From Takakia lepidozioides (taxonomy: Eukaryota > Plantae > Bryophyta), in assembly GCA_030704615.1 (NCBI GenBank), contig CM060732.1, forward strand, positions 6,200,001 to 6,264,000: a DNA stretch of 64,000 nt, written 5' to 3'. How positions within the stretch are numbered: position 1 is the stretch's first letter; each line of letters starts with the position of its first letter. This document shows, piece by piece, positions 24,484 to 35,581 of the stretch. The notes beneath the pieces are model-generated. The model made no database searches. It was not told the DNA's origin and saw only the letters and a list, made by a program, of their open reading frames with translations. The position numbers and the translations under genes were made by a program.

Positions 24484-24499
24484 GCTCATCTTTCTCGAG
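24484..24499 (-). promoter_or_regulatory. Non-tRNA (self-priming-type) primer binding site of element 2
   Basis: Directly follows repeat B' on -; 24484-24500 is the exact reverse complement of 24664-24680 within the LTR; no TGG. Confidence 0.8.
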
Positions 24500-24826
24500 T
24501 GATAAAGATGAAGAATACAAGCACAAGCTCATGCGAGCTCACAAAGCTGAAGCATAAACTCATGCATATATAACCTCATCACTCAAATATAAGTCAAGCC
24601 AAGTGCACCCCACGCCATGGGGAATCCACACTACGGCGCCATAGCTAGGCGCGGTGAGGCTCAACTCGAGAAAGATGAGCCTCTCGCGCTTGCCGTGAAG
24701 ATAACCACTCCAGGGCCTAAATCTGCCTTGACCCTTGGATTGACACTTGGGCCAATCCCAAATGTCAATATGTAAAAGCTAGCTATTTCCTAGCTAGTTT
24801 CACACTAGTGGTAAAATAACTTGACA
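24500..24826 (-). repeat. Repeat B' (327 bp), 5' terminal repeat of element 2
   Basis: Matches 9793-10119 (about 7 transitions by eye). Confidence 0.95.
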
Positions 24827-26268
24827 AAGGCCATACCACCACTGAATGCCACATGAAGGAGAAACACTATACTATCTGTAAAATGGATAACCATTCTACT
24901 GAGAATTGTTACTACAACAGAAGGACAGCAGCTAGAGAACCTAGGCAAGTAAGGGTGCATCAAGTGCAGCCCCAGCCAAGAAGAAACAGTGATCAGGACC
25001 ACTATGGTAGGCCTGGTGGTTATAACAATGGCATGGACGGAAGAGGTAATCCAAGAGGGAATTACCAAGGAAATTCCAGAGGCAACTATCAGGGTAATCC
25101 AAGGGGGAATTACTAGCCAGGGAGTCAGGATTACAGAAACAATTCCAGAACAGACCAAGGGCAAGGACCTAATGGGGAAGAACTGTGTTACTATTGTAAT
25201 CAGGCAGGCCATTGCAAGGCAGCCTGTCCATTCTGGATCAGACACCAGAATGAGATGAGAGCTCCTGTGAATGAGGGGCCAGTGGTGGTAGCTCACATGG
25301 TTAGGCCATGTGTTGTACCAGAAGTAAGTACAATGATAGTAACGAGAAGCAAAGCCAAACTAATACCTCCAGTAAATGAGGAAGATGATAATAATGAAGA
25401 TGGCGGTGATGTGCCTGAAGATGATGAGGCTTGGAGAGATGAGAAGGAACTGCACAAGGAAGTGGCAGATACCATAAGGGAAATGCAGAAGAGTACTGAT
25501 ATTCCTATGGCAGATTCCTCTGATTCTGAAAGAGAAGAGGAAGTGAGTGAGGATGAAGGGAAGAAAGAAGCTGCAGACATGCAGAGTAATGAAGGGACTT
25601 TGGCTGAAGTAATATTTCAGTCCAAAGCGGAGATTAATATTTGACAGCTATTGGCTGTGGCACCTTATTGTAGACACAGGCTGTATCAAGCAATCAATCG
25701 AATTGCCCATGTGACAGGGAACACAGACCTGAACAATAAGGTGACTAGTTATAATGTGAAGCCGGAAGGGCGAGAAATAGTCATGGACTTTGATGATTCT
25801 ATGCCAGTAATCCAATTGACTGATGTACTGATAGATGGAGGCTCTGGAGTGAATATCATGACAGACCAATTAAGGCAGAAGCTTGGTCTAAGTAACATGA
25901 AGCCAGCCCCATTTACAGTAACAATGGCAGATCAAAGAAGTGTACAGCCACTGGGATTGATAAGAGGAGTTAAGATATAGATTCAAAAGATGATGTTTAT
26001 GATCACAGTAACTGTGTTAAAAATGGATGAAGTCATGGAAGCTTACTCCTTATTGTTGGGACGTCCATGGCTGAAACAGGCCAGGGTATTCCATGACTGG
26101 AATTCCCAGTTACTAACTGTGCATGATGGGATGCACAAGATACAAATTACCACTAAGAAATCTAGTAGATTATCTGCTACGAGAAGACCTCGAGAGGTCA
26201 GGGAGTATGACTGGAGGGGAGGACTGGATGAGGAGCAGGAAGTTACCCTGTTCGCTGCACACCCATAG
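24827..26268 (+). pseudogene. gag-pol: Element 1 Gag C-terminus and aspartic protease
   Basis: Resumes the knuckle (GHTTTEC); further knuckle CYYCNQAGHCK..C; LIDGGSGVN; LLLGRPWL; in-frame stops. Confidence 0.9.
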
Positions 26269-26286
26269 TGGGAGTAGGTTGCAGAG

Positions 26287-27438
26287 ATGCAGCTGGAAGG
26301 CCTAAGTTGTTTAAAAGGTATCTGTTGTGGTGTAGTGACAGCAACACCAATTGAAGGTGAAACAAGCAGTTACCCACCACATTTCTATGAAGAAAGAGAA
26401 GGAGAAATGGAAATCCTAGAGGAACCAGCCACTGTGAGTTTACAGGATGAAGTGGTGACTGGTTGGACAATCACAGCTGATAAGCAGGTGAGAGAAGTGA
26501 ATGTGGGAACTGAAGAGGAACCGAGGATGGTGAAGGTAGGGGCTGATTTGGAGCCAGAATTATTTGAGGAAGCTAAGAGTTTGTTCATCAAATACAGAGG
26601 TGTATTTGCTTGGAGCTACGAGGATCTAAAAGGAATACCACCTGAGATTTGTCAGCATAAGATTGAACTAGAACCAGGGTCAGTACCAATCAAACAGGCA
26701 AGGTACAGAATGAATCCCAACTATGCACAGAAGGTTGGAGAAGAGATCAAGAAGTTGGCTGAGGCTAAGTTTATATACCCGATAGAGTATACAACTTGGT
26801 TGTCACCCATTGTGATAGTTCCCAAGAAGAATGGTAAACTGAGAGTTTGTGTGAATTATAAGAAGTTGAATGCTTGCACGAAGAAAGATCCTTTCCCTTT
26901 GCCATTCACAGAAGCGGTATTGGAGACTGTGGCAGGCCATGAGATGTACTCATTCATGGATGGCTTCAGTGGTTATAATCAAGTGCAAGTGGCAAAAGAA
27001 GACCAGGGAAAGACAGCTTTCATCACAGACTGGGGTGCTTATGCATACAAAGTCATGCCTTTTGGACTTTGTAATGCACCAGCAACCTTTCAAAGAATGA
27101 TAAGTGAATCTTTTCATGAGTATCTGGATGATTTCATGCAGGTGTTCTTGGATGATTTCAGTGTGTACAGCTCTAAGAATGAGCACTTGCATAAATTGGA
27201 GTTATGTTTGGCCAGATGCAGGATGAGAGGTCTGGGCCTGAATCCAGAAAAGTGTACTTTCTGTGTGAACTCAGGGGTGTTTTTGGGACACATTGTGTGT
27301 AAGAGGGGACTTCTTGTGGATCCCAGGAAGACAGAGGCCATTAAAGCCTCTCCACCACCAGTAAATGTTAAGAGTCTAAGGAGATTCCTTGGACAAACCA
27401 GTTATTACAGAAGATTTGTCAAAAGTATGCACAGATAG
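26287..27438 (+). CDS. pol: Element 1 reverse transcriptase
   Basis: KKNGKLRVCVNY, MDGFSGYNQ, MPFGLCNAPATFQR, FLDD. Confidence 0.97.
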   Translation: MQLEGLSCLKGICCGVVTATPIEGETSSYPPHFYEEREGEMEILEEPATVSLQDEVVTGWTITADKQVREVNVGTEEEPRMVKVGADLEPELFEEAKSLFIKYRGVFAWSYEDLKGIPPEICQHKIELEPGSVPIKQARYRMNPNYAQKVGEEIKKLAEAKFIYPIEYTTWLSPIVIVPKKNGKLRVCVNYKKLNACTKKDPFPLPFTEAVLETVAGHEMYSFMDGFSGYNQVQVAKEDQGKTAFITDWGAYAYKVMPFGLCNAPATFQRMISESFHEYLDDFMQVFLDDFSVYSSKNEHLHKLELCLARCRMRGLGLNPEKCTFCVNSGVFLGHIVCKRGLLVDPRKTEAIKASPPPVNVKSLRRFLGQTSYYRRFVKSMHR

Positions 27439-27473
27439 CAGCACCATTGAGCAAGCTTCTATAGAAAGATGCA

Positions 27474-29200
27474 GTGTTTGCATGGACAGCTGAATGTCAA
27501 CAGGCTTTTGAGGAACTTACATTGTCAGTAATAACTACACCTATGCTGATTAACCCTCACTGGCATGTAGTATTTCATGTTCACTGTGATGCCTCAGGAG
27601 AAGCGTTGGGAGCGGTGTTAGCCCAAAATGTTACAGGAAATATAGATTCACCTGTGTACTATGCTAGCAGGTTGATGAACATTGCTGAAAGGAACTATAG
27701 CACAACTGAAAGAGAAGCACTGACAATGATTTATGCAGTCAAGAAATTCAGGCATTACCTATTGGGAAGAAAGTTTATGTTTTATGTGGATCACCAGGCT
27801 CTGATATATCTGGTGAACAAACCTTTGATAAGTGGAAGGATAGCAAGGTGGTTAATAATCTTGCATGAGTTTGAGTTCAAAGTTGTTTACAAGCCTGGCC
27901 GTTTGCATCTTGTGGCAGATCATTTGTCACGCCTAACAACTGGAGAGCCCGCCACAGGAGTAGACAACCAATTACCTGATGCGAGTTTATTTGCAATGGA
28001 GGTGCAGGGAAGTGCAGATGAATGGTTAGATTGGCAGTGGCCAATCAGATACTACCTTACTCATGGTCAGTGCCCACCTAGTTATAGTAAGGAGCAGAGG
28101 AAGAGAATCGCTATCAAGGCTTTACCTTATACTATGGTAGGGGGCAGAATGTATAAGCTAGGACCTGATGGAGTACTTAAACGATGCTTGTACCACCATG
28201 AAGTAAATAAAGTCTTGGAGGAAGTTCATAAAGGAGTGGCTGGAGGTCATTTTGGAGAAAAGACTACGAGTAGGAAGATACTACTTGCAGGTTACTGGTG
28301 GCCTACTTTGTTCAAAGATGTACACAGGTATTGTCAGAGTTGTGATGAATGTCAGAGGCTAGGACCTTTGCAGAGATCTGGGAAGATGGCTTTGCATCCT
28401 ACGATGCCTACTGAACCATTTCAGAAATGGGGACTAGACTTTGTTGGACCAATTAACCCACCGGCCAAGAATACACAGAACAAGTACATAATTATAGCCA
28501 CTGATTATACTACGAAGTGGGTGGAAGCTAAAAGCTCTGAGGGACAACACAGCCAAGTCCACAGCAAGGTTCATGTATGAGAACATACTTACACGATTTG
28601 GCTGTCCCTTGGAATTTATCAGTGACCAGGGAAGTCACTTCATTAATGAGACCATTGAACTATTGACTAAAGAGTTCATGATTATGCATAGGAAGAGTAC
28701 AACGTATTACCCACAGGGTAATGGGCAGGCAGAGGCTACCAACAAAATACTATGTACTATCTTGGCTAAGATAGTCAATGCAAACAGAACGGATTGGGAT
28801 ACAAAGGTACTAACAGCTTTGTGGTCATACAGGACTTCATATAAGAATTGAATGGGGAAAGATAATGGAATTGGAAGATTCAATTAAGGTCAGGAAACAT
28901 GAATTATACCATGTGGAAGAAGTACGTGCTGATGCAGCTGATAACATGACCAGAATACAGATGAAGAGGAAGGAACAGTTTGATGAAGGCAATTTAAAGA
29001 CTTTTAAGACGGGAGATTTGGTTCTCTGATTGCAGAAGAAGGGGAAGATTAAAGCTTCTAAGCTCAAATCACCATGGAAATGACCTTATGTCATACAGAA
29101 GATGTATGATAACAACACAGCCATGTTACAAACCATTAACAAAGAGATGCTGGGAAGAGTCAATGCCAATAAGTTGAAGGGGTACAGTGGTATCCATGAC
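27474..29200 (+). pseudogene. pol: Element 1 RNase H and integrase (frameshift, internal deletion)
   Basis: [55 protein letters not shown]-like PW..PY. Confidence 0.93.
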
Positions 29201-30007
29201 AAACCATTGCAGCACGATTTGCATGTTGAAACGCAAAAGCAGTCACGGGCTGCGCCAGTGATACCAACGGAGTATGGAGTATTTGTCGTTAAGCCGCGCG
29301 TGTATGACCAGGGCGGGAAGTACAAGTGTCACACAGCCTATCACAGCCCATCACAGTGTCACACAGCCTATCACAGCCCATCACAGCGCCACACAGCCCA
29401 TACAGGTTACACAGTCCATAGGGTCATGACAGGTGGACACGAATTAACGTTAGAAAAGTGGCCATCAAGTGAAGAAAAATTTGGAAGTCAAACTTGGAGA
29501 ATGTGCCACGCGGAGAGGGGAAGTCGGGGGCATGTTTAGAAACGGACACGTGACAGCAGCTAATACAAATTGTGGGCCCATTAATGCATTCAGTGTAAGG
29601 GTAACGGAACCATTTCCGAGTAAAAAAAAAAAAAACCTATGCCACATGTGCTGTCCCACTGGACATTCCAGGTGGGAATGTCCATGGAGGGGGGTGGAAT
29701 TAAGAAATTACCTAAGCAGTCCATAGCCAATCAGGAGTGCGAATTACATGCAGGTAGTTCCCTCCAAGAAACAAGAACAAGAAATAGGAAGTGTTATGAG
29801 CGGAAGAGTCGGGGTGGCTCGGAATAGCCAAGGTCTCGACGGCAGGGGCAATCAAAGCACTAGTTTTGTAGCTATGGCAGATGTAACGGATTACACACTC
29901 GCTTTACTTCTCACGCAGTGGCGCAAGGACGGAAGCATTAAGAGTACATTTTCTCTCACTCGTTATTTGCAAGCCCCACAGGCTTACACGCACTTACCTG
30001 TTCCATT

Positions 30008-32509
30008 TTGTGCCAACCATACCTTCATGCTCTGTGCCCTGCAAGCTTTCCTTCAGCAAAGCCTTTCTGTTTGTCTAGAATGAAGAGAGTGAGGGGAATG
30101 GAGGATATCAAGGTGGAGAGCACCACGATACTGCAGAAGCAAACAATTGCAGCACCGCAGGCAGTACAGCTGCTAAGGGAGTTGCGATTGGAGGGGCTGC
30201 TATGCAAGGACTGGTCCTTGCATCATCGGCAGTTCATGATACAATTTCTTCAGAATTTTGAGCCTCGGACGGGAGTTACTCAGGTGAGGGGAGTAGATAT
30301 AGAAATTACTCCCCAGTACCTGCAGCAATTGTTTGATTTGTCATCAGGACATGTGGATGTGGATGAGCACAGGGCAAGATTGCAGATAGGGAATTTGTTC
30401 CAAGAAGGGAGTTTCTTTAAAACTCAAGGTTACGCTTGTACCAAAGCCAAGTACCCAGGGCTTAGGGAAGTTGGCCAAATATTGAACGTTCTGTTTGCCA
30501 TGAAACAGAACCAACAGTATTTGAGCAGGTCATTCACAGAGGAGATCATGAAAGCTTTGAGGGGAGATGATGTCGCTTGGGCGGAGTTAATGTACAACGG
30601 ATTGGTGGACGAGATGAAGAGGTTACAGGGCACTACTGCTAAGTCTCCGATCATTGTGTCCGGTCCAGTCATTGCCCAAATAATTCTTGATTCTTGCATA
30701 CTTGATACTCGGGAACGTAAGGAGATGGGAGTGTTTGAGGCAGAAACCACTGCAATTGAAGAGCAGGGCTCTTCACACAGTGAGGGTGGACTGGCAGGGC
30801 AACACCAATCTAAGAGACAGAGGCGGGGTATGACTGTAGTGGCGGATCCACTGGCTTCACGGAAACCGCACGATAATGTTTCCCAAGCTCTTGTGAAGGA
30901 TGGGGCACAGCAGCACAGAGAGCTGCTATTATTGGAAGCACGACCTTCAAAGAGGGAAGAAGAAGTCAATTTGATACCACAGCCACCACAACCAATTGAC
31001 TCAGATGTTTTGGAGGTTCCACAGTTAGTACATGCTATGACTTCACCCCCAATTGCTCTGGAAGGAGAAAGGTTGGACATACCCACTACAGAGCAGGTCG
31101 TGGCCGAAATTGAAAAAGGTGACCTTCTCTATGAAAACTCTGGCTTGGTAAGGGAATCAGTGATTCCAGAGGTGCAGCAGTTGTCCAAGGAAAACCTTGC
31201 TATGCATGTAATACCCACACCTGTGATGGAGGTACCAGGGGTAGAATATCAAGACACTGCAGCACCTGTGGCGGATGAGGTGGTTCAGGAAGAGAATCTG
31301 GTGGGGCAATGGCCTGAATGGTTGGTGAGGCATCACACTGTCGAGGATCAGGAAGAACAGCAGCAAGCTCACCATGATGACCCTCAGCAGGCCATGCTTA
31401 TGAGTTCCATAAGCAGAACACTTAATTTGTTGGGCACTTATCTGAAATCCCATGTTCCATCTATCCAATTGGCAGCTTTGAGGGAGGAACTCGGGAAGGA
31501 GTTTGAGGCTCGACTTGCCACTGAGTGTGCAAACAAGGTCGATGAGGAGGTCAATCTCAAGTTACAGCAAGAGTTAGAGGACACAAAGGCTGCTTTGCAG
31601 TTGGCCAAGGGACATTTGATTGAAGCAGGCCTCGCGCAGGACCAGTTGCACAAAGCACATAAACAACAGTTATACCAAATGCAGGTGAAGCATGAGGGCA
31701 AGTTGCAAGAAGTGAATGCACTACATACAGAGTTGCAGGCAGTACATGAGAGGATGACCATACAAAGTGCTACACTCACAACTACTCTTGAGCAAATTGC
31801 ATTAGAAGTTAACAGACAATGGGAGAGATGTATGAAGGCAGAGGCAGAGATAATCAAGCAGGCGAAACTCATTGTTGATATGAAGAATACAATCTGTCGC
31901 AATGAGAATACTTTCAAGCAATACAGACAGGTTGAGGCTGACCAAGAGAGGTACATCCTGGAGTTGCAACAAACAGTCATGGTCAATAGAAATGAACTCT
32001 CTGTGGCTAACAAGGCTTGGAAGGAAGCCAATAATCTGGTTGCTGCCTATGCAAGTTTGGTTGAACCTCATGCGAAGCGCATGGAGGCTTTACAGCAGCA
32101 GTTAGATGTGTACAAGCTCACAGAGGAGCAGACTCTCAAGGGTGCCACACACGACTTGGTGGATAACCACCTTATGCAGGTCTGGTTAGCACAAAGGCTG
32201 GTGGAAGGCAAAGCACCACGGAAGCTCACCCAGGGCGAGATGAATGAGCTCAAACTGCAGGTGCAGAACATTGCCACAACTACTATAGACAATGTCTATA
32301 GTAGAATAGCGGAGCTAAAGGAGGATGTAGAAGGCTTGCAGACTCAGGTGGATGACCTGAGTTCAAATATTGACAAGAGAGTCTTTGTACCTGAGGAGCA
32401 GCTGATGGCTACTTATTTACATGCCAGAACTCTAATTTTTCAATCTTCTTCGCAAGGGGTGCAGGAGATGCCAGTGGTAGAAGGGCCAGTGGTACCAATA
32501 CCACAGTAA
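30008..32509 (+). CDS. Intact 833-aa extra ORF between pol and the 3' LTR (transposon-protein-like N-terminus, long coiled coil)
   Basis: Uninterrupted ORF; homologue at 14717-16919; position typical of Athila/Tat extra ORFs. Confidence 0.75.
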   Translation: MCQPYLHALCPASFPSAKPFCLSRMKRVRGMEDIKVESTTILQKQTIAAPQAVQLLRELRLEGLLCKDWSLHHRQFMIQFLQNFEPRTGVTQVRGVDIEITPQYLQQLFDLSSGHVDVDEHRARLQIGNLFQEGSFFKTQGYACTKAKYPGLREVGQILNVLFAMKQNQQYLSRSFTEEIMKALRGDDVAWAELMYNGLVDEMKRLQGTTAKSPIIVSGPVIAQIILDSCILDTRERKEMGVFEAETTAIEEQGSSHSEGGLAGQHQSKRQRRGMTVVADPLASRKPHDNVSQALVKDGAQQHRELLLLEARPSKREEEVNLIPQPPQPIDSDVLEVPQLVHAMTSPPIALEGERLDIPTTEQVVAEIEKGDLLYENSGLVRESVIPEVQQLSKENLAMHVIPTPVMEVPGVEYQDTAAPVADEVVQEENLVGQWPEWLVRHHTVEDQEEQQQAHHDDPQQAMLMSSISRTLNLLGTYLKSHVPSIQLAALREELGKEFEARLATECANKVDEEVNLKLQQELEDTKAALQLAKGHLIEAGLAQDQLHKAHKQQLYQMQVKHEGKLQEVNALHTELQAVHERMTIQSATLTTTLEQIALEVNRQWERCMKAEAEIIKQAKLIVDMKNTICRNENTFKQYRQVEADQERYILELQQTVMVNRNELSVANKAWKEANNLVAAYASLVEPHAKRMEALQQQLDVYKLTEEQTLKGATHDLVDNHLMQVWLAQRLVEGKAPRKLTQGEMNELKLQVQNIATTTIDNVYSRIAELKEDVEGLQTQVDDLSSNIDKRVFVPEEQLMATYLHARTLIFQSSSQGVQEMPVVEGPVVPIPQ

Positions 32510-33394
32510 GTGACTGTGCGGGTAACTGACCCTGTTGTTATTACAGCCACACCACAGCCTGAGGTATGGGGGGATGCTGCTTTTAACCCACCTAAGACTC
32601 CTGCTGCACGGGAGTACAGTCGGGCTATGATTATGCCCTTCAACCAAATTCCCATTGTGTTGGATTTGGCTTGGAAGGAATTTAGTCCGCCACAGTCGTT
32701 GGCTCATTACTACCAGATCATGCGCATTTGGCTGCCAGTGGCGACTATGACTAAGGTTCTTCCGAACAATCGACCCATTGAGGATCATCACTTTGCGAGG
32801 TACTGGTCTGAAGCAGGTACCATGTTGAAGGAATTAATTGCCTTCCAAGTTGTACATGGGTACATTTATACCAAAATCAAGGAGGTATCAAGTATTGTCA
32901 TGGGCTGTGGATTATACTATGCTGCTTGTTTTCTGGCACGTTATCACATTGAGCAGCAGAGGATGCAATTGCGATTTCTGAGTATTCCAGTGGGGATCAT
33001 TGGGTCTTACCTTCAGTGCCACCTCATATGTACCTATATGATGCAAAAGTTATGATGCAGAAGGATTCCCAACTTCGTTCATGGTTTCATTCGGCTTGGA
33101 ACAATTTGACAACACAGAAATTCGGCCCTGAGGATATTTTCTTTAAGGGACATGAGGCATGGAAATACTTGCACTGTTCCCAAGTCATTGGCACACCTCT
33201 TACCTATAGATAAGGAGTTCAGGACGTTCACTCATTTTGCGTGCCAGCGCTTACAACAAGTTGTACAATTTAAACTTCCAGATATGGTTGGACAACATTG
33301 TATGCCACACAGGATTCCACTTAAAGTTCGGCCGTTAAAACACCTAAGGGGAGACGAGTATTCTGATACTACTGTTTCTTCGCGGACTCTTTGA
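32510..33394 (+). pseudogene. Second 3' extra ORF region of element 1 (frameshifted), unknown function
   Basis: Consecutive ORFs 32510-33055, 33016-33213 and 33152-33394 on the same strand. Confidence 0.45.
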
Positions 33395-33644
33395 CATGGC
33401 AGAGGACTATGCACTTCAGATGGCAGAGAAGAAAAGACGGGGATCTCCTATGCCTGAGAGGTTACCTCGTTATCAGCCAAAGGAGGGTTAGACATTTCCA
33501 GGTAGTGCTCAATCATCTCCGTCAACCAGTGACAGGATTTGGGCTTGCACACGGAGTCCTTCACGAGACTCTCACCGTCAGAAGGGTGCTCGCTCACAAA
33601 GGTTTGCTAATCCCAAACAGTAAACCGTGAGGACACGACTTTTT

Positions 33645-33658
33645 GAGAGGGGGATGGG
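33645..33658 (+). promoter_or_regulatory. Polypurine tract of element 1
   Basis: GAGAGGGGGATGGG 4 nt before TGTTAG. Confidence 0.8.
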
Positions 33659-33662
33659 TAAA

Positions 33663-34546
33663 TGTTAGAGGGCTGCTTGGGACTTAGACGCTTTTATGGG
33701 TACTGTGGGGTTCCCTTAATTTTTGCGCAGACTGAGACCAACAGGAGCCTTAGAGGTGGTAGCAGCAGGCTTTAGGGGGGTTACACATCCAACACAGCCC
33801 GACACAGCCCGTCACAGCCCGCCACAGCTTCGCACAGCCCGACACAGCCGACACAGTCCGTCACAACCAGTACACAGCCTTACACAGTCAGTCACAGCTC
33901 GGCACAGCCGGTCACAGTACAGGGGGAACAGTTATCATTGACAGGGAACGACTGTGAGGGAACGACATCTGCAGAAGGAACGTGTTAATGCAGGGATGAT
34001 GGTTAATTAGTTAGGTGGTTAGAACAGCTTGCGGGTAGATAAGGGGAGCGGCAACGGAAAGAAGGGACACTTCACGGGGAGCATTTCTGGGTGATGAAAG
34101 AGGAGATCAGGCGGAGAGCAAGAACGAGAGGACAAAGAAGGAGAAAAGATGAACAATAGATGCTTATTATATGCAGAGCTGTAGTGATACTGTAGGGCGG
34201 ATTAGAGTCACCTTGACATTGGCCTAGTACCTGATAAATCATAATCTGATACTTATTCTATACAAGCACACTGTGTAGAGAGACATGAGGGAAGCTGTGA
34301 AATGAATGCATGATAAACTGGAACTAAGTAGATACTGAAGCAATCTGATGCTTCAGTATCAGATAAGGTAAATTGATAACATGAAGGCAAGAAGGAATAC
34401 AAATGGGAAGCACAACCATGATTCACTAGCTGCAGGTCATGACTGATTGTACTGAGCGGGCTGAGTGCTTAGAGATATCCAACTCTTCTATCTTGGAGTT
34501 TCCACCTCGGATAGCAAAGGGATGGGTGAGTAAAAGCCGCTCGACA
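33663..34546 (+). repeat. 3' LTR of element 1 (884 bp)
   Basis: TGTT...GACA, follows the PPT, 3' part matches 6924-7459; CACAGC repeats at 33792-33917. Confidence 0.9.
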
Positions 34547-35581
34547 GTCCAAAGCCATGTGTTACCAGAAAATTGTCCGATGAAAATAAGGTTAGGAAGA
34601 AAACTTCCCTGAACCTGTTTCCAGTCTGTGACATGGGGGATGACATCATGGATGCGCTCAAGGGTCTATCCCACTCTTGGCACCAGACCTAAATTTAAAG
34701 TCAGGGCAGGAAGACTACCTTTGAATAGTAAACAGAAGCAGAGAGGAAAGGGAGAGTGAAATTTCCCCGACGTACCTTTGCTGCTGCGGTGCTGTTGCGG
34801 CTGCCAGCGGCGGGGTCCCCGCCGCTGCAGGGTGTTTCTCCCCCGCTCACCACGGCTCTCTCTCTCTTCAGCTTGTTAGAGCGCACCTCTGCGCGGCTTT
34901 CCTACCACACAGGGGAGAGAGACATCAGCCCGTGCTTAGGGCAAGAAAAAAAGACAGAAAGTGAGGGAGGAGGCGGTGCTTACCTTGGGCGTTGGAGCGG
35001 CGTTGGAGCGGCGTTGGGGCAAACTCCTTGGGGCCTTGCGACCCACTCGGGCTTAGCAGCAGGTGCGTTTCTCCTCCACCCTAAACCCCACTCTCTGAAC
35101 TACCTCTCTCCCAAGAACAAACGAAAAAGGGAGGGGAAAGAGATGCTTCAAGCACTTAGGGGAAAAAAAAACGCAGCGCCCACGTGCGACGCCCGGCCAT
35201 CGCATGCCTGCGCCCCCCTTTTTTTGAAATGTAAAAGTGAAGTTTGCGACGGATGGCCGTCGTTTCTTGCGACCCCCGGCCATAAATATAAAAAAAACAC
35301 GTCGCCCCCCGCGACGGCTGTCCGTCGCGGGGTGCGACCCCCAGGTAAAAAACAAAAAAAAAACTCGTCGTCCAATGCGACGCCAGGGTGTCGCAAGAGG
35401 CGACGGCCGGCCTTTCTGGATTTAGGGTTTAGGGCCTTTTGGGTTTCTTAGTTTTTATTTTATTTATTTATTTTTTCATATGGTACTGGGTTAGGGTGTT
35501 TGCTTTTCTTTATGGTGCTGGGTTTTGGATTGGCGGTTTTGGTTGTGGGTCTTGGGGTTAAAAGGATAAACGGTGTAATTA

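Larger units (their letters stand above)
9604..24826 (-). mobile_element. Ty3/Gypsy retrotransposon carrying a C5 DNA methyltransferase and a PHD finger, with permuted terminal repeats (element 2)
   Basis: Ends TGTC...GACA; TSD AAGG at 9600-9603 and 24827-24830; removing it restores the host knuckle CAKCQNEGHTTTEC; gag-PR-MTase-RT-RH-INT-PHD on -. Confidence 0.95.
6924..34546 (+). mobile_element. Ty3/Gypsy LTR retrotransposon, non-chromovirus (Athila/Tat/Ogre-like), element 1
   Basis: Paired LTR sequence, tRNA-type PBS, gag-PR-RT-RH-INT order, PPT, extra 5' and 3' ORFs; interrupted by 9604-24826. Confidence 0.95.

Noticed and set aside
9604-24826. DIRS/PAT/Ngaro tyrosine-recombinase element (split repeats plus methyltransferase)
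   Set aside because: It encodes a protease and a DDE integrase, has a TSD and a PPT, shows no tyrosine recombinase motif, and its MTase is C5-type rather than Dam-like.
30008-32509. Retroviral-like envelope gene
   Set aside because: No evident signal peptide or transmembrane anchor; position alone is insufficient.
35421-35434. Telomeric repeat
   Set aside because: Only two TTTAGGG units; at most a telobox.
34756-35451. 231-aa ORF as a host gene
   Set aside because: GC-rich, low-complexity frame with no recognisable domain, crossing A-tracts and hairpin repeats.
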